DNA of 64,000 nt from an uncultured Pelagibacteraceae bacterium (GCA_902573465.1 CACGJX010000001.1:52803-116802); one strand, 5' to 3'. Shown: positions 40,036-49,120, counted from the first letter of the stretch. Program-made: numbers and translations. Notes: generated by a model from the sequence alone, not told the origin.

Positions 40036-41487
40036 TCAACTTATATGAAACTTTTTAGCTTTAATAATCAACAAAGGTAAAAAAGTCGCTATTACAAAAG
40101 ATAAAAAAAGCAAAGATTGTGTAACAAAAGATGGAAATAGATCTATTGGTATGAAAACTCCAACTAATAAACTTTTAGAAAAATCAGGAGAAGGGAATAA
40201 TAAAAACCCACCTAATAATCCAATCAGTATAGAAATATAAGCTAAATTTTCATTGATTGATTTATCATAAAAACTCAGAAAAACAGTTAATACAAAAGCA
40301 CAACAAAATAGGTCTGCTAATAAGAAAAGATACAAAATATCAAATCCTTTTGATGCAATAATAAAAGAGATGAACGATAAAAATAAAATTATATATTTAG
40401 AAAAGTTTAAATAATTAGTTTTTTTACTCAAATTAAATACCGCTTTTCCATCTAAAATTACCAAACTTGAAATTGCATTAATTAATGTGTCTGCAGTTGA
40501 AATTGTTAATGCCATACCAAGAATTATTATAAACAAAGATAAATAAATTGTTTGTTCTTTAAGTAATAATGAAAAAAATCCCAGATCTGGTCTATTGCTA
40601 GAGTCAATTGAGAAAGCCACCATTCCTGAAAAGCCCATAAAGAAAACAATAGGAATTATTATTAAAAAAGAAATAATTAAGCTTTTTTTTAAAGTTTGGT
40701 AATTTTTAGCTGCATACACACGTTGCCAATTTCCTTGATGGAATAAATTAGTTGCGGCTACTGCAATAAAAAAAGTTAAGCCTGCAGTATAATTTGGAAT
40801 GTAATTACTACTCAGAAGTTGAGGATTTTTTTTTAACACAAAATCAAAAGAAAATTTAGAACCTGTAAACGAAGTAATATAAATAAACGAGATAAATAAC
40901 AAAACTCCTATAACAATCATTTGAATATTATCAGTAAAAATTGAAGCCTTTAATCCACCATATAACGTATAAATTAGAGTAGAAGAAAGAACTACTAAAG
41001 CTGTAATCCAAAATTCAGTGCCGGATATATAATTGATCAAAACTGAAATAGCGGTTACCTCAGCGCACAAAAAAATGAACATATAAAATATGGTCATCAA
41101 TAAAATTAGCTTAAATAAACTTTTACCAAATTTTCTTCTCATAAATTCTATTAAAGAAGATCCTTTGGGGAATTCACTTCTAATTTTTTTTCCTAGGTAA
41201 ATTAAAAAAAATAGTGGAAAAGCTGTACCTAAAGAATAGCCAATAACTGCACCTATCCCTCCCCAAGTCGCAGCAGATGCAGGTCCAAACAAAATCCAAG
41301 CTCCTAATGCTGATGCTGTTAAACTGGTGGTTAATGAAAAGACACCAATATTCCTATTAGCAGTTAAATAATTATTTAACCCTTTGAATTTTTTAGTGTG
41401 ATTAATTCCCAAAAAAGCAAATAACAAACTGATAACAATTATTAAGATTAATGAAGTGGATTGATCTAAAAAAAAAGAATTATTCAT
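40036..41487 (-). CDS. thiV: Sodium:solute symporter, ThiV-like putative thiamine-pyrimidine (HMP) transporter
   Basis: SSS features (ASALGAWILFGP, YTLYGGLKAS..TD..Q, WQRVYAAK) plus upstream thi-box riboswitch. Confidence 0.8.
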   Translation of the reverse strand: MNNSFFLDQSTSLILIIVISLLFAFLGINHTKKFKGLNNYLTANRNIGVFSLTTSLTASALGAWILFGPASAATWGGIGAVIGYSLGTAFPLFFLIYLGKKIRSEFPKGSSLIEFMRRKFGKSLFKLILLMTIFYMFIFLCAEVTAISVLINYISGTEFWITALVVLSSTLIYTLYGGLKASIFTDNIQMIVIGVLLFISFIYITSFTGSKFSFDFVLKKNPQLLSSNYIPNYTAGLTFFIAVAATNLFHQGNWQRVYAAKNYQTLKKSLIISFLIIIPIVFFMGFSGMVAFSIDSSNRPDLGFFSLLLKEQTIYLSLFIIILGMALTISTADTLINAISSLVILDGKAVFNLSKKTNYLNFSKYIILFLSFISFIIASKGFDILYLFLLADLFCCAFVLTVFLSFYDKSINENLAYISILIGLLGGFLLFPSPDFSKSLLVGVFIPIDLFPSFVTQSLLFLSFVIATFLPLLIIKAKKFHIS

Positions 41488-41489
41488 TT

Positions 41490-41560
41490 GTTTCCCTTTC
41501 TGAATTACCGGACAGGTTCTTAGGGTTTAATCTCAGTCTAAAAAGACACCCCTTTAAATA
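41490..41560 (-). ncRNA. TPP (thi-box) family riboswitch, variant
   Basis: Minus strand GGGGUGUC-UUUUUA-GACUGAGAUUAAACCCUAAGAACCUGUCCGGUAAUUCAGAAAGGGAAACAAAUG: GGGGUG/CUGAGA/ACCC/GAACCUG/UAAU/AGGGAA in canonical order, overlapping the SD. Confidence 0.88.
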
Positions 41561-41614
41561 TAATACTTTAATATTATTAAAAAAAAAGAAGAATAATGTT
41601 TAGAAATTTAATTT

Positions 41615-41794
41615 CTATTTTCTAAAACAATTATTCACTAAAATTGCCATTAAAATCCACATCACAAATACCTCGCCATTTGTAAATGAATAATCAGCTC
41701 CAGCAAATCCCGCTATAAAATTTATTGCATAAATTATTATAGTTGAAATAACTAAACTGGTTACAAGATTTATAAGTCCGCTTAAGTAGTTCAT
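41615..41794 (-). CDS. Small two-TM protein, 59 aa (not in ORF track)
   Basis: MNYLSGLINLVTSLVISTIIIYAINFIAGFAGADYSFTNGEVFVMWILMAILVNNCFRK. Confidence 0.7.
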   Translation of the reverse strand: MNYLSGLINLVTSLVISTIIIYAINFIAGFAGADYSFTNGEVFVMWILMAILVNNCFRK

Positions 41795-41882
41795 GATTAA
41801 TCTTAACTACAATTTAATTGAATGCAAATCAAATTTCTATTTATAGGGGAAGATTTTTTTTGATGCTGGAAGACTACAAAAG

Positions 41883-42017
41883 ACCCAGGTTGTATTCAAG
41901 AAATTAATTTTGATTTTTGTTAAATATATTCCTTGAATACAACCTATCTAAAATTTATCTTTTTTATACAAGGAGGTAGTTTTAATGAATCAAATGCCAC
42001 CTGACACTTAGCTGGGT
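41883..42017. ncRNA. Orphan multi-stem intergenic element (candidate sRNA or cis-element)
   Basis: 14-bp perfect IR 41887-41900 / 41932-41945; AGGAGG-containing hairpin 41971-42002; closing ACCCAG/CTGGGT. Confidence 0.4.
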
Positions 42018-42055
42018 AGCTTTATATTTCATAAAAACATAAACGAAAAAAATAA

Positions 42056-42071
42056 AAGTCCATTAGGACTT
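42056..42071 (-). terminator. Small terminator hairpin after the cytochrome c' 3' UTR
   Basis: AAGTCC-TAAT-GGACTT followed by TTATTTTTTT on the minus strand. Confidence 0.6.
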
Positions 42072-42075
42072 AAAT

Positions 42076-42133
42076 GCCAAAAAGGCGACTAAGGGGAGCT
42101 CTTTTGGTTGGAGAACGAAAGAGCGAACCCCTT
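42076..42133 (-). ncRNA. Candidate structured RNA in the cytochrome c' 3' UTR
   Basis: AAGGGG-UUC-GCUCUUU...AAAGAGC-U-CCCCUU stem plus GCC/GGC mini-hairpin before the terminator. Confidence 0.4.
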
Positions 42134-42149
42134 CGTTTAATCTTAAAAT

Positions 42150-42611
42150 TTAATGTGGTGCTCTAAATTTACTATGACAAGCTTTGCAATTGCTCCACAT
42201 CATTTGAGTTAAAGTAGCTCTTACATCATCAGCATCCTCAAATAATGATGATAATTTAATCATATCGTCTGATGCTTTTTTCATTAAATCATTAAACTCT
42301 TTTTTATTTTCCCAAATCAAAGGTAGAGCTTCAGTTTTAAAACCCTCTTTTGAATTATCCGGAAAATATTCTAACAAAGTTTTATAATTTTCACTCATTT
42401 CTATCATTAAAGATTTAGCCTTATCAAATTCTCCTTTACTAGCCAAAGCTTGTACTCTTTTTGCAGTACTATAATTTTTGCTAAACAAGGCTTTTCTTCC
42501 TTTTATTATTTCCTCAACGGACATTTCAGAATTAGCTGGAAGCGACAATATTACGAAAATTAAAATGCAGAAAAAATATTTAAATACATTTATGATATGA
42601 TTAATTAACAT
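42150..42611 (-). CDS. Cytochrome c' / c556 (class II)
   Basis: Signal peptide, TEALPLIW, C-terminal CKACH..FR. Confidence 0.9.
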   Translation of the reverse strand: MLINHIINVFKYFFCILIFVILSLPANSEMSVEEIIKGRKALFSKNYSTAKRVQALASKGEFDKAKSLMIEMSENYKTLLEYFPDNSKEGFKTEALPLIWENKKEFNDLMKKASDDMIKLSSLFEDADDVRATLTQMMWSNCKACHSKFRAPH

Positions 42612-43139
42612 ATGCGATTAAAAAACACTCTAACAGAATATGGAGCTATTTCAAAAATATTTCATTGGTTAAGTGCCGCAGTATTAATAATTCAAATTCC
42701 TCTAGGTATGTATCTAGTAGACATGGATTTCAGTGAAAAAAGATTAGCCATAGAAAATATTCATGTTGCAGTCGGTATAAGTATATTTTACTTAACTATA
42801 CTAAGACTTATATATAAAACTTTTAATCCTACCCCAAACTTAAATAATAATATTTTTCCTGGGCAAAAAATAATTGCAAGATTAAATCATGTGTTTTTAT
42901 ATATTTCAATTTTAATGATAACAATCTCGGGTGCTCTAAAAAAATTATATAACGGTGAAGAGCTTAATATGTTTTTTTTCAATCTTGAAATTCAAGATAA
43001 TTTTGAATTAGCAGAAATATTTTATGAAATTCATATCCTGGGCAATTATACACTTATCGCATTAATATCTTTACATATTTTTGCTGTTTTAATTCATAAA
43101 ATATTGTTTAAGGAAAATTTGCTTAAAAGAATCTTATAA
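42612..43139 (+). CDS. Cytochrome b561 family protein
   Basis: YG..SK.FHW, H...G...L...RL, H..LY, H...ALI.LH. Confidence 0.9.
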   Translation: MRLKNTLTEYGAISKIFHWLSAAVLIIQIPLGMYLVDMDFSEKRLAIENIHVAVGISIFYLTILRLIYKTFNPTPNLNNNIFPGQKIIARLNHVFLYISILMITISGALKKLYNGEELNMFFFNLEIQDNFELAEIFYEIHILGNYTLIALISLHIFAVLIHKILFKENLLKRIL

Positions 43140-43844
43140 AATAATACAAGTTAACTTGTCTTTAAATTTCAGTTGATTTTTATAACTTAATTTAATTTCT
43201 TCAATCCCTTGGATAAGTTGTTTTTTTGATAATGGTATTAATGTAGAAATATATCTATTTTTAATCATATCGAGATATTTCTTTTTACTTATTCTTACGT
43301 TAAAAATAAATTTTCTTTTAATTCTTTGAGGATATAAATTTGTAATAATTTTAAATATCTTTTTATCTCTTTTAAGAGATTCATTAAGTTTTAGTTTCAT
43401 TAATTTAAAAGTTGGAATTTCATTATTTTCTGTATCTAAAGTAAAAATTATAATTTTACCTTTTGTATTTAATATTTTTCTTAATGATTTTAATAATTTT
43501 TTTACTTCACTTAATTTTATTAAATGAATAGTTTGTTTAATCAAAATTAAATCGAACTTTTGATTTTTTGTCAAAGAAAGATTTAAAATATTTGCTTTTT
43601 TAAAATTAATTCTTTTATCTCTATCTTTATGATTAACAATATCTATACCTAAAGGTTTGTATTTAAGTTTTAACTTTGATTTTAAAGAACCTAAAATCTT
43701 CCCTCTTCCACAACCAATATCTAAAATTTTAAAATTTGAATTAATTTTGGTATTTTTGATTAAAAAATTATTAAATGAATTAATATAATTTTGTGAAGAT
43801 AACCAGGTTTTATTGTCCCAATTTTTAATGACAACTGATGCCAT
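43134..43844 (-). CDS. Class I SAM-dependent methyltransferase
   Basis: ILDIGCGRG, FDLIL motifs. Confidence 0.85.
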   Translation of the reverse strand: MASVVIKNWDNKTWLSSQNYINSFNNFLIKNTKINSNFKILDIGCGRGKILGSLKSKLKLKYKPLGIDIVNHKDRDKRINFKKANILNLSLTKNQKFDLILIKQTIHLIKLSEVKKLLKSLRKILNTKGKIIIFTLDTENNEIPTFKLMKLKLNESLKRDKKIFKIITNLYPQRIKRKFIFNVRISKKKYLDMIKNRYISTLIPLSKKQLIQGIEEIKLSYKNQLKFKDKLTCIIL

Positions 43845-44262
43845 ATTTTTTTAATCTCCAATAATTATATGGCCATGGTGTTAAAAAACCCACAATAAGC
43901 ATTAAAGGTACAACCCACCAGGTTAATATTGCTCCACCAGTTAAAAAGTAATCAGTTAAATTCATTGTGATTTCCATGCTTATCATTGAAATAAAACTCA
44001 TCCCCAATGCTGTTTTTAAAGCTTTATTAAATTCCAAATTTTGACGGATTAAAATAATTGTTTCTAAAATTATACTTGTAATCAACCCATTGATAATTGC
44101 TAATATCATAATGGCTAAAACCGGGAATGGTATTTTGGTCAATTGAAAAAATAAAATTGTTCCAAAATCTCCGATCGAACACCCAAGTAAACACCACGCA
44201 GTATTTTTAGCACTTTGTTTCCATGTGTGTGAACAAGACCAATCAAATGTAGTGGATTCCAT
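43825..44262 (-). CDS. DUF4396 membrane protein
   Basis: T.WCLLGCSIGD, SMISME..MN..D, PWPYNYW. Confidence 0.8.
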   Translation of the reverse strand: MESTTFDWSCSHTWKQSAKNTAWCLLGCSIGDFGTILFFQLTKIPFPVLAIMILAIINGLITSIILETIILIRQNLEFNKALKTALGMSFISMISMEITMNLTDYFLTGGAILTWWVVPLMLIVGFLTPWPYNYWRLKKYGISCH

Positions 44263-44284
44263 TCTTATATGATAATGTTTAGTT

Positions 44285-44965
44285 ATGATTTTTAAACAAC
44301 TATTTGATCAAAAATCTAGCACATACACATACTTAATTGCCTCATCTAAAGGAAGAGAAGCTTTGATAATTGATCCAGTTTTAGAAAACGTAAGTGATTA
44401 CATAATTTTATTAAAAGAATTAGATTTAAGATTAGTAAAAGTAATTGACACACATATACACGCTGATCATGTGACAGGTGCTTCAAAATTAAAAGACATT
44501 ACGAAATGTTCCACAATAATGGGCGATCATACTCCGGCAGATGCTGTTGAAATTAAAGTGAAAGATGATGAATATATAAATTTAGAAAATTTGAAAATTA
44601 AAGCTATGTATACTCCGGGTCACACTTCAGATAGTTATAGTTTTTTGATGGATAATTATCTTTTTTCTGGTGACACATTGCTGATAAATGGAACAGGTCG
44701 AACTGATTTTCAAAATGGAGATTCGAAAGATGCATATAACTCAATTTTTAATAAACTATTAAAACTTCCTGATGAAACTTTTTTATATCCTGCTCATGAT
44801 TACAAAGGAGAGAAAGTGAGTACTATTGGTAAAGAAAAAAAACAAAATCCAAGATTACAGGTTAGTAGTGTAGATGAATATGTTGAGTTAATGAACAATC
44901 TAAATCTAAAAAAACCAACCGAAATTGATTTTAATGTTGCAAAAAATATTAATTTAGGTGCTTAA
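44285..44965 (+). CDS. ETHE1-like persulfide dioxygenase (MBL fold)
   Basis: STYTYL, IDPV, THIHADHVTG, TPGHT, GRTDFQ.G, YPAHDYKG, NPRL. Confidence 0.85.
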   Translation: MIFKQLFDQKSSTYTYLIASSKGREALIIDPVLENVSDYIILLKELDLRLVKVIDTHIHADHVTGASKLKDITKCSTIMGDHTPADAVEIKVKDDEYINLENLKIKAMYTPGHTSDSYSFLMDNYLFSGDTLLINGTGRTDFQNGDSKDAYNSIFNKLLKLPDETFLYPAHDYKGEKVSTIGKEKKQNPRLQVSSVDEYVELMNNLNLKKPTEIDFNVAKNINLGA

Positions 44966-44966
44966 T

Positions 44967-45356
44967 TTAAATTGAAGCTTTTAATGCTTCGTAAATTAAA
45001 TCTTCGGTTGTTTCACCAATACTTCTATAAACTTCTTGATTACCTTTAAAAATTATTAATGTTGTTTGATATTGTACATCAAAAAAATCAGAGATTTCCT
45101 TTTTAGTTACATCGAATGAGAAATATTCAATATTATCAAATTTAATGTCTAATAATTCACCTTTATTTTTTGCATTCTGAAGAATTTTCATTTGACCAGC
45201 GCATGATGGGCAATATTTTATCCAAGAACTGATTACTACAATTTTTCCATCTGATTGAGCTTTATCAAACAACTCTTTCTTAAAAGTTGTTTCTTTTTCC
45301 ATTGCATTTGCACTTAATGAAAATAAAAAGAAAATTGATATTAATATTTTTTTCAT
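44967..45356 (-). CDS. Exported thioredoxin-fold protein
   Basis: Signal peptide, CPSC motif, QTTLIIFKG. Confidence 0.75.
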   Translation of the reverse strand: MKKILISIFFLFSLSANAMEKETTFKKELFDKAQSDGKIVVISSWIKYCPSCAGQMKILQNAKNKGELLDIKFDNIEYFSFDVTKKEISDFFDVQYQTTLIIFKGNQEVYRSIGETTEDLIYEALKASI

Positions 45357-45362
45357 GATTTT

Positions 45363-45677
45363 TTATACCATAAAAATTAAAAACCAATAAGAAGCTAGCC
45401 CTGAGATAATTGTCGCAATAATATTTTGACTTATTATTCCAATTAACATTGCAATTATTGCTGCCATTATCTTTGGATTGTTTTCTAATTGGAAATCTCC
45501 AGAGTTATCCAAAAAAATAGCAGGAAATATAATCGCAGGAAAAATTGCTGAAGGCACAAAAGAGAGAATTTCTCTTATTCTATCATTGAACATTTCTTTC
45601 TTTAATAATGCTATCATTGAAAACCTTGTCAAAAAAGTTATCAAACCACAGTATATAATTAATAGCCAGTTACTCAT
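45363..45677 (-). CDS. azlD: AzlD domain protein
   Basis: TFLTRF, L.FVP.A; paired with azlC. Confidence 0.8.
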   Translation of the reverse strand: MSNWLLIIYCGLITFLTRFSMIALLKKEMFNDRIREILSFVPSAIFPAIIFPAIFLDNSGDFQLENNPKIMAAIIAMLIGIISQNIIATIISGLASYWFLIFMV

Positions 45678-46365
45678 TTTTTTTATTCAACTTAGTTAAA
45701 ATTGCTGCTGTCAGTAAAGCAGTTACTCCAGCGACAATTACATATGCTTTATAAGGAACATAATTAAATCCAAACGTTGCCACTAACCCTGAAATAATTA
45801 TCACAATCACATTTATCAATTTTCTAAAATCGTTAACCAATAATGCCAAAAAAGTTAAAGGCACTGCAAAACTTAAACCTAGTTTTTCAGGAATAAAAGC
45901 TCCCAAAACAATTCCTAAAAAAGTGGTTGTCTGCCAAATAACCCAACAAGTAATACCACCACCGAATAAATGAAAATATTTATTTTTATCTTTATTTTTT
46001 TTAAAATACTCATTTGATCTTGCAAAAGCTTGGTCAACTAAAAAATATGAGATTATAATTTTCCAAAAAAGTTTTAAATCTGATAAATGTTCTGAAACAA
46101 CAGCTCCATACAAAAGATGTCTTGAGTTCACTGCTCCAACTGAACTTATTATAACTAAAGATGAGGCGCCTCCTGAAAATAATTGCAGTAAAACAATTTG
46201 TGAAGCACCACCAAAGACTATTAATGACATTCCCATTGTTTCTATTGGGCTAAATCCAATATCGATTGAAAGAACCCCAAATATTAAACCAAATGGAACA
46301 ACTGGAATCATCAGTGGGCTAACATCAAAAATACCCTTTAAAAAAACTCTAAATTTATTATTCAT
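45670..46365 (-). CDS. azlC: AzlC family branched-chain amino acid exporter permease
   Basis: PFGLIFG, MS..VFGGASQ, VNSRHLLYG. Confidence 0.88.
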   Translation of the reverse strand: MNNKFRVFLKGIFDVSPLMIPVVPFGLIFGVLSIDIGFSPIETMGMSLIVFGGASQIVLLQLFSGGASSLVIISSVGAVNSRHLLYGAVVSEHLSDLKLFWKIIISYFLVDQAFARSNEYFKKNKDKNKYFHLFGGGITCWVIWQTTTFLGIVLGAFIPEKLGLSFAVPLTFLALLVNDFRKLINVIVIIISGLVATFGFNYVPYKAYVIVAGVTALLTAAILTKLNKKNE

Positions 46366-46380
46366 TTTAGAGAGTTTTTA

Positions 46381-47442
46381 TTAGAAGCAAACAATATGAT
46401 CAATATGAATTGGTCTTTTTATGCCAAATTTTTCATTCTCCTCGTGTTGGTGAATATGATGAGAGTGAACAAAAACTGGAATTAATAAATTACTTGGCGT
46501 TTTAAGAGTGTAGATAAAATTTGTGCCCCTAAACTTTCTATCTATAACTTCAAACTTTAAATTACTTTGGTCATCATGATGCAAGTCCTCTGGTTGAACC
46601 AAAAGTTTTACTTTTGATCCTATTGGAAAAGGTTTATTAAAATTACCCGTAATTGTTCCAAGATCTTTATTTTCTAAACTTTTAGGACTTGTAACCTCTG
46701 CAGGAATAAGAATGCCTCTATTCAAAAAATTAACTACTTCTATTGAGTTTGGTAAATGATAAACGTTATATGGATCGTCAAATTGTTTGAGTTCTTGATT
46801 TAAAATAATTCCACATTTTGATCCTAAATAAAATGCTTCATAAGAGTCATGTGTCACAATTATTGTTGAAATTTTTAATTTATAAAGAATTTTTTTTAGT
46901 CTAACTTGAATTTCTTCTTTAAAACTTTGATCAACATTCGATAAAGGCTCATCTAATAATAACAAATCTGGTCGTGTCATTAAAGATCTTGCTAATGAAG
47001 CTCGTTGTGCTTCACCAGCACTTATCTCATGTGGGTATTTGTTGAGAATATGAGATATATCTAATAAATCGATAATCTCTTTTACATCAATTTTTTTTTC
47101 AATTTTTTCTTTATTTTTCTCTGAACCTAATAAAATATTTTTTTGAACATCATAATGTGGAAATAAACTATTATCTTGAAAAGCGAGAGATACATTTCTA
47201 TTTTCAGGTTCAATATTAATTTTTTCTGATGAAAGAACTTTTCCATTTAATTCTATTGAACCTTTTTTTATTCTTTCTAATCCAGCGATCGTTCTAAGTA
47301 TGGTAGTTTTTCCAATACCAGATGGGCCCAAAAGGCAAATTACATCACCTTCATTCTCAATTGAAAAAGAAACATTTTTAACTTTTGTTTTTCCATCAAT
47401 ATTAAAATCAACATTTTTTATTTCAAAAAAATTTTTACTCAT
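46381..47442 (-). CDS. fbpC: Fe(III) ABC transporter ATP-binding subunit
   Basis: GPSGIGKT, FQD..LFPH, LLDEP; operon with permease and binding protein. Confidence 0.88.
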   Translation of the reverse strand: MSKNFFEIKNVDFNIDGKTKVKNVSFSIENEGDVICLLGPSGIGKTTILRTIAGLERIKKGSIELNGKVLSSEKINIEPENRNVSLAFQDNSLFPHYDVQKNILLGSEKNKEKIEKKIDVKEIIDLLDISHILNKYPHEISAGEAQRASLARSLMTRPDLLLLDEPLSNVDQSFKEEIQVRLKKILYKLKISTIIVTHDSYEAFYLGSKCGIILNQELKQFDDPYNVYHLPNSIEVVNFLNRGILIPAEVTSPKSLENKDLGTITGNFNKPFPIGSKVKLLVQPEDLHHDDQSNLKFEVIDRKFRGTNFIYTLKTPSNLLIPVFVHSHHIHQHEENEKFGIKRPIHIDHIVCF

Positions 47443-49054
47443 TATTATCTCTTAATATATATTTAGATGTAATTATAATGAAAGAAGTTGCAATTAAAAT
47501 TAAAAATAATGATGGGACTGCAGCAGCCTCTAATAAATCTTCGGATGCGGATATATAAGCTGTAGTTGCAAAAGTCTCAAAATTAAAAGGTCTCAAGATT
47601 AAAGTAATAGGTAATTCCCTTATAATCTCTAAAGAAATTAATATACAAACAAATAATAAAGAGTTTCTCAAGAAGGGTATATGAATATTCATAAATGTTT
47701 TTCGTTTTGAATAACCTAATAAATAAGAACTTTCGTCGACTGAGATATTAATTTTTTCATATCCAGATTTAATTCCATTAAAGGCCAAAGAATAAAATCT
47801 CACAAAATACACGAGAACTAATCCTAAAATAGAGCCAATAAATATTTTCTTGATAGAAAATAATCCTAGATTTTTAACAACACTCTCGTCGAACCAAGCT
47901 ATGAAAGTGATAAATGCGACTGCTAAAATTACACCAGGTATTGCATATCCTGAAATTGATAAAGTTGATAAAATATTTAAAGTTTTATTTTTTGTAACTC
48001 TATTTCCATAGTTTGAGATTAAAGAAAACATTATCAATACAAAGCTTGATAAAATAACTAAATAAAGTGTATTACTCAAAAGATTAATAATTTGTAGATC
48101 AAATAAATTTTCTGGAAATTTAATTGTCCAATACAACATTTGACTTAAAGGAAATAAAAAACTTAAAAAGAAAACAAGAAAACAAAAAAGGAAAGCAGCT
48201 ATTGATTTGGTTCCCTTAAGTTGTAACTTCTGTTTTTGTTTAAAACCTCCTTTTGAATTAAAGTGATATTTCGCCTTATTTCTTGATAAATTTTCTAATA
48301 TAAACAAGGCAAAAATGAACAATAATAAGAAGAATGATAACTGATTTGCAAAAGCAAGGTCATCAAATGTTATCCATGAATTATATATTCCTGTAGTAAG
48401 TGTATTTATTGAAAAAAAATCTACTGCCCCAAATTCTGCTAGTGTTTCCATTGCAACTAAAGATAAGCCAGCAACTATTGCTGGTCGTGCTGCAGGAAGA
48501 ATAATTGAATATAATGTTTTAAAATTTGTAAAACCCAAGTTTTTACCTAGGTCAATGAAGTTTTGTGATTGATATAAAAACGAAGCTCTAGCTAAAATAT
48601 ATACGTATGCAAATAATGAAAAAGAAAGAGATAGTATGACTCCAATCATTCCATCAAATTTTGGAATATATAAATTATAATTTTTATCTCCAAATAAGTT
48701 TTTTAAAATAGAATATGCTGTACCGTAATTTTCAAAAAAGGCTGTTAATGAATAAGCATAAATATATGGAGGAACTGCAAATGATAGTATCAATGCCCAT
48801 TTAAAAAAATTACTTAATGGAAATTCATAAAAAGATACCAAGTATGCAGTTCCAGTTCCAATCAAAAAAGTTAATAATAGAACACTTATCAATAAAATTA
48901 TGGAGTTAGAAATATACTCAAATAAAAAAGTATCTTTTAAAATTCCATAGTAATTTGATGTGGATTCAAAAAAACTTAAAAATACAGTTAGAATTGGAAT
49001 AATAACAAAAATAGAAATGAAAAGAGAAGATATATACCAAAAATTTATTCTCAT
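47435..49054 (-). CDS. fbpB: Fe(III) ABC transporter permease
   Basis: Duplicated permease; P.YIYAY, LPAARP, METLAEFG, GYAIPG, ELPITLILRP. Confidence 0.9.
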   Translation of the reverse strand: MRINFWYISSLFISIFVIIPILTVFLSFFESTSNYYGILKDTFLFEYISNSIILLISVLLLTFLIGTGTAYLVSFYEFPLSNFFKWALILSFAVPPYIYAYSLTAFFENYGTAYSILKNLFGDKNYNLYIPKFDGMIGVILSLSFSLFAYVYILARASFLYQSQNFIDLGKNLGFTNFKTLYSIILPAARPAIVAGLSLVAMETLAEFGAVDFFSINTLTTGIYNSWITFDDLAFANQLSFFLLLFIFALFILENLSRNKAKYHFNSKGGFKQKQKLQLKGTKSIAAFLFCFLVFFLSFLFPLSQMLYWTIKFPENLFDLQIINLLSNTLYLVILSSFVLIMFSLISNYGNRVTKNKTLNILSTLSISGYAIPGVILAVAFITFIAWFDESVVKNLGLFSIKKIFIGSILGLVLVYFVRFYSLAFNGIKSGYEKINISVDESSYLLGYSKRKTFMNIHIPFLRNSLLFVCILISLEIIRELPITLILRPFNFETFATTAYISASEDLLEAAAVPSLFLILIATSFIIITSKYILRDNNE

Positions 49055-49090
49055 AATTTATATTCCGCCTTATAAATATGGAAAGTATTT

Positions 49091-49120
49091 GTGTCCACAC
49101 TTTAAAAAAAGCGTGGACAC
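49091..49120 (-). terminator. Intra-operonic stem-loop between binding-protein and permease genes
   Basis: Minus strand GUGUCCACGCUUU-UUUU-AAAGUGUGGACAC, 13-bp stem with one G-U, no strong U-tail. Confidence 0.7.

Noticed and set aside
41950-42003. SAM-V/SAM-II riboswitch on the minus strand (AGGUGGCAUUUGA...CUACCU)
   Set aside because: P1 and AUUUGA resemble it, but the 3' GCUAAA/CUAAA pseudoknot strand is missing and no sulfur or methionine gene follows; kept only as an unclassified element
41860-42020. 6S RNA
   Set aside because: Not a single long rod with a central bubble; TTCAAG/CTTGAA order is opposite to the 6S motif; no ygfA neighbour
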